A stretch of DNA of 49,577 bases, filler included, from Sphacelaria rigidula (taxonomy: Eukaryota): the NCBI GenBank assembly GCA_964200075.2. It is 2 parts of 2 records of this genome, joined end to end, with 100 filler letters (N's around TTAATTAATTAA, not from the genome) between each part and the next. Parts side by side here need not be neighbours in the genome. Positions count along the whole stretch, not along the records: positions 24,861 to 49,577 come from CAXNAA020000192.1; 1 more part is not named here. One strand, 5' to 3'. The position numbers were made by a program, and so were the translations under genes. Position 1 is the first letter of the stretch. Each line of letters begins with the position of its first letter. The notes beneath the pieces are model-generated. The model was not told where the DNA came from. It did no database searches and saw nothing but the letters and a program-made list of their open reading frames with translations. This document shows positions 47,560-49,577 of this stretch, piece after piece.

Positions 47560-49577
47560 TAGTAGAGAGCATACAGTTCTGTCTGGAGCAATACCTAGGC
47601 ACTGGTTAATGCAGTCAAGAAGGCGTGTGCGTGCCATTCGATATTGTGACAGTGTTCCGTCAAACAGGATACTTACTGTACTGCTTACAGGTTGCGGTGT
47701 GCAGTGTGCCTCAATACAGTTGTTTGTATATCAATCAGTATATTCCTGTAATGTGACGGTCTGACCGTTCCGCGCTGATATACGAGGTACATACAGTGGA
47801 GGAGATGAGCTAAACAAATCCGAAATGATGGGTTTGATAGTCTCGAGACGCAACCTGCGGACAGGACCTGAGATCCTTTCGTCGAACAGAATCTAAATCT
47901 AACTAAAAGATGTAGACGACGAGTTGAGGTCAGGTGTCGAGTCCGGATCAATTTCACATGTGAAAAAGTATGCATGATCCAGATAGACTAACCTCCTCGC
48001 GGTCCAAGGGTTAGGTAGACGCTATTTTTTAATCTGGTTCTGCACAGTGATTTTCCCGCCGCTTCGGCCTACTACAATAATGATAAGCTGTTCCGTTGCA
48101 TAATACTCCAAATATTAGACACAACGACCACGCAGAACACAGTCAATGGATTGCAAAGTATATTTGTGGAAGGAAGACCACCGGTACACGCGTCCGATGT
48201 GAACGTATCTTTCCGCAGGTCTCTACAACAACACATGATATCTCTTCCAACCCTCCCTAATCTTCCGCACCGAAACCTTGTTGCATCATCAGAAATGTCG
48301 GTGGCCTACACACACAGTGCAATACGCAGCAGTACAGCATAGTGTTCACGAGCCGCAAGCTCGCGCTGCAGATATGGCGAGGAAACGATATTTTTCATCC
48401 GAGCCCACGTCCGGCTTCAGTTCAGTTGGCTTGCTGGTATGCCAGGCTCGTTTTGTTGGTACCAGCAGAAGGAAGATGATGCGGCCGAACATCAACCCTT
48501 GACCGCCTATGCCATCCTTTCATTTCTAAATTTTTGACCGCAGTTCCGCGACTTTTTCTCAGGTGATTTTTGTAGACCTTGATGCACAGTACCGGCAGTA
48601 GCCCCGCCACTGATTTCCATTGCCACACGAGCAGCGGCCTCTCCGGGAAAGGGTGAACTGTTTTGTGTTTTCGCATCATCACTACGTCTCGTGCTTGCCA
48701 ACATTTTCGTGAACGCATGACGGCCACATTTTCTAGTAGCACCGTTCCCGATCATCAACCGCTGTCCTGCGATAAAAACAACGCATGGCAGCGGTATTTT
48801 CAGTGTGAAGCTTGTTCCATGGAAAGTAAATGTTCCGAACCCCCCAAAAAAGTCTGCCGTTCAGCCTCAACAAGGGCCCTGGCGTCCAAGGGCTCGATCG
48901 GTACCAGGTTGATGGAAAAAAATACAGGCAATACTCGACACTCGTACCGTACTGCAGTCGCGTTTTTTACCCAATAATGGGATGTGCAGACCTTTCGCGA
49001 GGTTGAGAGAAAAGGGTGCACGTTTTCTCGCGTCGATCGATCATTGTTTTACGTAGGTGGACAACATGTGAGATGCATGCCACATGGATACATGGAACTA
49101 ATAATGGTACGATTGCTGCTGCTGTTTAGTTTTTGCTGAGAAGATGATCTGCTGTCTGCTGGCCGCGCGTTACGCACGAATAAAAATAACGCGCGCAATA
49201 TGTGCCGCAATGACTTTTTCCTATGCAGGCGTTATCTCCGCAGCAAAAACCCCTCCGAACCCCTCTCCCAAAGCCTGTCCGCTATTATAGCAGCGTCCAA
49301 CGAACTGCGGGTTCGGGCACTCAAAGGTGTAGCCCTTCGACCGTGACATCTGACTCGAGGACTGTCGCAAGCTTCAAAAGTTGACAGTGATGTACACCCA
49401 CTTGGACCGCTGAATATGCTGTAGTAGTGATATCAACGTTCTTGAGCACGTCCCGCCGCACATTTCGCACTCAACGTTGGTTGACTGAATTGTTAAATGT
49501 TTCACGTTTTTTCTACGAGCTGGGCCAGCCTAGAGGCTGCATGAACGTTTGCAGGCGGATGCGCCGGCCAATATTTG

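Overview
Eukaryotic, intron-rich genomic DNA. Short exons, sub-kb to kb GT/GC-AG introns and the repeat content are consistent with a brown alga (Ectocarpus-like); this is inferred, not proven. Two convergent genes fill the window. (1) On +, a plastid-type Rieske/mononuclear-iron oxygenase of the PAO/TIC55/PTC52 family. I reconstructed 15 phase-consistent exons (2256-23916, 466 aa); the N-terminus was not found. It has one GC-AG intron and a 12.7-kb intron packed with repeats and a rearranged chromodomain-bearing Ty3/Gypsy integrase relic. (2) On -, a large multi-exon gene of unknown function, running from at least ~46.4 kb (perhaps ~48.7 kb) down to ~24 kb. Its putative last exon overlaps the last coding exon of gene 1 in antisense. 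Introns also hold a LINE 3' relic, a dispersed ~130-300 bp repeat family, a candidate telomere-repeat-carrying MITE, a tRNA-like SINE head, a 3x ~520-bp tandem repeat with CAG/CTG hairpins and a 42-bp (14-aa) degenerate array. A 100-nt assembly gap lies at 24761-24860. I found no clearly novel multi-gene system; the findings are structural oddities.
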